A stretch of DNA of 64,000 bases, taken from assembly GCA_965203445.1 (NCBI GenBank), contig OZ241883.1:768001-832000 (forward strand), given 5' to 3'. Numbering within the stretch: position 1 is the stretch's first letter; each line of letters starts with the position of its first letter. Shown piece after piece: positions 60,142 through 64,000 of the stretch. This DNA comes from Candidatus Oxydemutator sp. GTDB lineage: Bacteria > Pseudomonadota > Gammaproteobacteria > Poriferisulfidales > Oxydemutatoraceae. Under the pieces are notes generated by a model. The model made no database searches. It was not told the DNA's origin and worked only from the letters and a program-made list of their open reading frames with translations. The translations under genes were made by a program, and so were the position numbers.

Positions 60142-60812
60142 GCGGCGACGGGAAGGGCGGCGTGAACAACGATGCCGACGGGCGCGGGCTGCTCGACCGC
60201 CTGATAGAGCGCGCGGACGACGCGCTGCGCACGTTGTGCGCGCCGACGGCGCGGGGCGCGCGTCCGCACCCGGCGGAAGGAATCGGCGAGGCCGACCTGA
60301 GCGACGAGGAAAGAGCGTTGTCGGCGCGCCTGATGCGCGTCAACCACGCCGGCGAAATCGCAGCCCAAGGGCTGTACCACGGCCAGGCCCTGGTCGCGCG
60401 CGGTGCGCACACGCGCGCGCGCATGTTGCAGAACGCGCACGAGGAGGCCGACCATCTCCACTGGTGCAAAAAGCGCATCGAGGAGTTGGGCGGGCGCACC
60501 AGTTTTCTCGCGCCAATGTGGTACGCCGGCTCGTTCGCAATCGGCGCCGCCGCCGGCCTGTTCGGCGACCGCTGGAACCTCGGCTTCGTCAAGGAGACCG
60601 AGGAGCAGGTCGTTGCGCACTTGCAGTCGCACCTTGCGCGCGCGCCGAGCCGCGACCGGGCGACGCTTGCGATTATCGAGCAGATCAAACGCGACGAGGC
60701 CGAACACGCGCGCGCCGCCGAACGCGAGGGCGCGGGCGAACTGCCGAAGTGCGCAAAGCAGGGTATGCGCATAGGCGCCAAGGTGATGACGACCGGCGCC
60801 TGGTGGGTGTAG
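60138..60812 (+). CDS. coq7: Demethoxyubiquinone hydroxylase Coq7
   Basis: LMRVNHAGEIAAQGLYHGQ, EEADHLHWC, LGFVKETEEQVVAHL, DEAEH di-iron motifs; GTGA overlap with the upstream gene. Confidence 0.93.
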   Translation: MSGDGKGGVNNDADGRGLLDRLIERADDALRTLCAPTARGARPHPAEGIGEADLSDEERALSARLMRVNHAGEIAAQGLYHGQALVARGAHTRARMLQNAHEEADHLHWCKKRIEELGGRTSFLAPMWYAGSFAIGAAAGLFGDRWNLGFVKETEEQVVAHLQSHLARAPSRDRATLAIIEQIKRDEAEHARAAEREGAGELPKCAKQGMRIGAKVMTTGAWWV

Positions 60813-60876
60813 GAGCTGCAAAGGTTCCCTATTCGCGCGCGCTCTTTTGCTTTATCGCGTTTATAATGGGCAAACG

Positions 60877-60952
60877 GCCGGTGTAGCTCAGCTGGTAGAG
60901 CAGCTGTTTCGTAAACAGCAGGTCGGAGGTTCGAGTCCTCTCGCCGGCACCA
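60877..60952 (+). tRNA. tRNA-Thr(CGT)
   Basis: 76-nt cloverleaf GCCGGTG...CGCCGGC ACCA; anticodon stem GCTGT/ACAGC, loop TTCGTAA; GGTTCGAGTCC T-arm; TATAAT at 60862-60867. Confidence 0.95.
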
Positions 60953-60983
60953 CGGCGCGCGCCGCACCCGACGCGCCCCCGAT

Positions 60984-61056
60984 GCGCCCGTAGCTCAGTG
61001 GATAGAGCGCTGCCCTCCGGAGGCAGAAGTCGCAGGTTCGAATCCTGCCGGGCGCG
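60984..61056 (+). tRNA. tRNA-Arg(CCG), CCA not encoded
   Basis: GCGCCCG...CGGGCGC-G acceptor, CTGCC-CTCCGGA-GGCAG anticodon arm, GGTTCGAATCC. Confidence 0.93.
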
Positions 61057-61076
61057 CTTCCCGCGCTTCCCTTGCG

Positions 61077-62639
61077 TCAGCGCGCGCGCGCAAACTCGGC
61101 CAGCCTGACCCGCAGCGCCAACAGCACCAACCAGTAGACCGCGGCGCCGAGCGCGACCAGCCCGGTCAGCGTAAGCACGCGCCTGGCAACCGCCCAGTCG
61201 CTCCAGCCGGCGAACGGCGGGATCAGTGCGACCAGCAGCGCGGTCATCGCCAGCGTCGCGACGAGTATCCTGGCGAGCAGGCGCCACGTTTGCGGCGGCA
61301 CGCGGTACACGCCGTCGCGCGCAAGTGCGCGGTAGAGCAGCGCGACGTTGACGTAGGCGGCGACGCTGGTCGCGATTGCAAGCGCGGTGTGCGCGGCCGG
61401 CGTGCCGGAATACTCCCACGCGACGACGAAGATCACGTTCAGCGCCATGTTGGTGATCATCGCGACGACCGCGATGCGCATCGCCCGCCCCGGCTGCTGG
61501 CGCGCGTAAAAACCGCCGGCGAGTATCTTGACCAACATGAACGCCGGCAGGCCCGAGGCGTAGGCGATCATGCTGAAGCGCGCCATCTGCGTGTCGTGCA
61601 ACGTGAACTCGCGGTACTGGATCAGCGAGATCAAGATCGGCCCGGCCAGCAGCATCAGTCCGGCGAGGCACGGCAGCGCCAGCAACAGCACGCCGCGCAC
61701 GCCCCAGTCGAGCGCGGCGCGGAAACTCTCCGAATCGGCCGCGGCGTGGTGCTTGGACAGGCCGGGCAGCAGCACCGTGCCGATGGCGATGCCGAACAAC
61801 GCCAGCGGCAGCTCGACGAAGCGGTCGGACAAATACAGCCAGCTGATGCTGCCGGTGACCAGAAACGACGCGATCAGCGTATCGAACAAAAGATTGATCT
61901 GCATGACGCCGGAACTCAAGACCGCGGGCGTCATCAGCCGCGCGATGCGCCGCACGCCGGCATGGTCGAAACCCAGGCGCGGACGCACGACGAAACCGAT
62001 GCGCTTGAGCCACGCTATCTGAAACAAAAGTTGCGCGACGCCGCCGACTAGCACGCCCCACGCGAGCGCCGTGATCGGCTGCTCCATCAGCGGCGCCAGC
62101 CACAACGCCGCCGCGATCAGCGACACGTTCAGCAACACCGGCGTGAACGCGGGCGCGCCGAAGCGCCCGTAACTGTTGAGGATGCCCGCGGCCAGCGCCG
62201 TCAGCGAGATGAACAGCAAATACGGAAACGTGATGCGCAACAGTTGCGCCGCCAGATCAAAGCGCTCGTGCTCGCCCACGAAACCGGGGGCGAACAGGAA
62301 TATCAACACCGGTGCCAGCAACACGCCGGCGGCGGTTACGCCGAGCAGCACGGCAGCGAGCGTGCCGGCGGCGCGGTCGGCGAGTTCGCGCGCCTCGGCC
62401 ACGGTGCGCCTGGTCTTGTATTCCTGAAACACCGGAACGAACGCCTGCGACAACGCGCCCTCGCCGAACAGCCGGCGTAAAAAGTTCGGCAGACGAAACG
62501 CGACGAGAAAGGCATCGGTCGCACCCGACGCGCCAAAGGCGATGAAGATCGCGGCGTCGCGCACGTAGCCGAGCACACGCGAGAGCATGGTTATAGCGCT
62601 GAAGGTCGCGCTGGAGCGAAACAGAGTGGGAGTGGACAT
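61077..62639 (-). CDS. murJ: Lipid II flippase MurJ (MviN)
   Basis: SRVLGYVRD, DAFLVAFRLPNFLRRLFGEGALSQAFVP, RITFPY, LYLSDRFVELP; multi-TM. Confidence 0.97.
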   Translation of the reverse strand: MSTPTLFRSSATFSAITMLSRVLGYVRDAAIFIAFGASGATDAFLVAFRLPNFLRRLFGEGALSQAFVPVFQEYKTRRTVAEARELADRAAGTLAAVLLGVTAAGVLLAPVLIFLFAPGFVGEHERFDLAAQLLRITFPYLLFISLTALAAGILNSYGRFGAPAFTPVLLNVSLIAAALWLAPLMEQPITALAWGVLVGGVAQLLFQIAWLKRIGFVVRPRLGFDHAGVRRIARLMTPAVLSSGVMQINLLFDTLIASFLVTGSISWLYLSDRFVELPLALFGIAIGTVLLPGLSKHHAAADSESFRAALDWGVRGVLLLALPCLAGLMLLAGPILISLIQYREFTLHDTQMARFSMIAYASGLPAFMLVKILAGGFYARQQPGRAMRIAVVAMITNMALNVIFVVAWEYSGTPAAHTALAIATSVAAYVNVALLYRALARDGVYRVPPQTWRLLARILVATLAMTALLVALIPPFAGWSDWAVARRVLTLTGLVALGAAVYWLVLLALRVRLAEFARAR

Positions 62640-62902
62640 AGAGATCAGGCCGGCGTTCTATCGGACGGGACAGGCGGCACGCACGCCATGATAATGGAAT
62701 CCACACCCAGAAACAAAAGACGGGCGGTAGGGGGCGATGGTGGTGGCCCCATACAAATCGTACGTCAGTGCAATTCAGTGCCTCAGTGCGGGACGCTCAC
62801 GCCATCTTGAATTGTCAGCAAGTTGCTGCGCATGCCGTATTTGTTCGTCTCTGATCTTCGCGCGCAAGGTCCGGCAAAACAATGTTTGCATGGGACGCGA
62901 CG

Positions 62903-63325
62903 TTATCGGGGAGTTTCATGCGCCCATTTGTCCCGCCTATCCAACTCCATCAGGGCTTCACGCACAAACCCGTCCGGCAGCATGCGTGTATCTTCATAAC
63001 GCGCGCGACGGTGTGCGCCATCCACGTTGACCGAGCACAAGGCGCCACCGCCAGAATCGCACAAAAGTATGACCGAACGTCCGAATCCACCCGGAACGTC
63101 AATGGCGATTTCACCGTCCAGCGTAGCATAGACCTCAAAGCGCCAAGGCAAAACCTTGTACATGGCCCGCAATAGCCTGCGTGCATTCTTCAGCGCTTTA
63201 TCTGATGGTACCGGGAAACCTTCTTCACGCACTTCCTCCTTCGCCTGATCCAGATCACACAGGGCATCACGCAAGCCGGGATTCGGATATATCATCTCTC
63301 CACTCGGAAAAGATAGAAGTGTCAA
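62903..63325 (-). CDS. Hypothetical protein
   Basis: 140-aa ORF with protein-like composition in a lower-GC patch; start uncertain; no family recognised. Confidence 0.55.
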   Translation of the reverse strand: MTLLSFPSGEMIYPNPGLRDALCDLDQAKEEVREEGFPVPSDKALKNARRLLRAMYKVLPWRFEVYATLDGEIAIDVPGGFGRSVILLCDSGGGALCSVNVDGAHRRARYEDTRMLPDGFVREALMELDRRDKWAHETPR

Positions 63326-63460
63326 ACCAGAGCAGAAATGTCCTATTGTCGGCGCAATATCAAACCGGTCGACTGAAATTTCAATTCCGTCGCAATTTCC
63401 CGATAACGCGCAGGAATTGTTGAACCAGTCGGGTTGGTGACTCTGTAAGCATGGGCGGGC

Positions 63461-63691
63461 TCAGGTCGAGGGGATGAACGTCAACATCAGGCCGACCCCG
63501 GCAAGAATAACGACAGTGGCGCTCAAAACGACGCGATATATCAATCCGGTCAACTTGGTCTCAAGGCGGTGCAAATCCGCTTTGGTGGCCACTTCCTCGA
63601 CATGGGCAATCGAGTCCGCCGCCACCCTCGCCTCCTCTTCGGTGACGTCGGGAATGCGCCTGAGCAGTTGATAAAGGGCTATGGTGCTCAT
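63461..63691 (-). CDS. Small coiled-coil membrane-anchored protein (DUF1640/CCDC90-like)
   Basis: MSTIALYQLL...VATKADLHRLETKL followed by a C-terminal hydrophobic helix. Confidence 0.65.
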   Translation of the reverse strand: MSTIALYQLLRRIPDVTEEEARVAADSIAHVEEVATKADLHRLETKLTGLIYRVVLSATVVILAGVGLMLTFIPST

Positions 63692-63769
63692 GATCAGAGC
63701 CAGATTATAACATGCCCCGGCATATCCGGCACCGGTGTGTATGGGGCTGTCAAGCCAAAGCACGGACTA

Positions 63770-64000
63770 TACCCCCGTAGCAAACGCCGCAAGTGGCGCT
63801 CGCATACTCCCATCTCTACAGCCGCTTGAGACTGCGTAATGCGCCTCGATGCGACCTTCTCAAGCACCGACAAACGCTCTATTTCTTTGTGCGACATAGT
63901 CCACTTCTCCTCGTTCATGGCGTCTCCCGCCCGCAGGCTCTGTGAAAATGCCGTATTGTGTCCGATTAGGACATCTGTGCTTTGAAGAATAGGACATTAC
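63770..64000 (-). mobile_element. Truncated IS1202/ISNCY-like element: left end plus transposase N-terminal HTH fragment
   Basis: MSHKEIERLSVLEKV...TQSQAAVEMGVCERHLRRLLRGY resembles this family's N-terminus and breaks off after ~50 aa; the window end reads (minus) GTAATGTCCTA...GATGTCCTA, with ATGTCCTA repeated at 63990-63997 and 63967-63974. Confidence 0.65.

Noticed and set aside
60877-61056. tRNAs as island integration sites
   Set aside because: No duplicated tRNA 3' end or integrase nearby; flanked by core genes.
1-64000. CRISPR array, or TnpB as a Cas12f effector
   Set aside because: No short regularly spaced repeats with unique spacers; repeats are kb-scale coding modules; no cas genes.
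63770-64000. IS1202-like fragment as the mobiliser of the tnpB element
   Set aside because: It is truncated and its end motif (ATGTCCTA repeats) does not resemble the tnpB TIR.

Overview
GC-rich gammaproteobacterial chromosome segment. The coaBC-dut-algC-argB...pyrE gene order is Pseudomonas-like, and the repetitive GLUG/Calx-beta giant proteins suggest a marine-invertebrate, possibly sponge, symbiont (inference only). About 48.5 kb is an array of four giant minus-strand secreted-protein genes interleaved with tsaD and pyrE. Three are built from ~470-aa [GLUG-like beta-helix + Calx-beta] modules (>=3856, 4090 and ~4540 aa) and one from Calx-beta triplets (2794 aa). The three whose 3' ends are visible share a near-identical C-terminal domain ending in a dockerin-like pair of Ca-binding loops. 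The array shows module shuffling between genes, patchwork gene conversion, tandem duplication scars (pyrE remnants) and poly-C tracts just after apparent leaderless start codons, which are candidate phase-variation switches. The right 15 kb is housekeeping (argB, algC, dut, coaBC, moaC, moaD, degQ/P, hsp20, asparaginase-like, 2Fe-2S ferredoxin, GlcF-like, coq7, tRNA-Thr, tRNA-Arg, murJ), plus a hicAB module with a nonsense-inactivated toxin and an IS1202/ISNCY-like fragment. The most unusual compact feature is a 1254-bp element carrying only an intact tnpB, bounded by 26-bp TG...CA inverted repeats and a 6-bp target duplication. It sits exactly in an ATGA stop/start overlap, which is not how IS200/IS605 TnpB elements are built. 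Single-base frameshifts (tsaD, adhesin 3) suggest homopolymer errors in the assembly, so tract lengths need caution.
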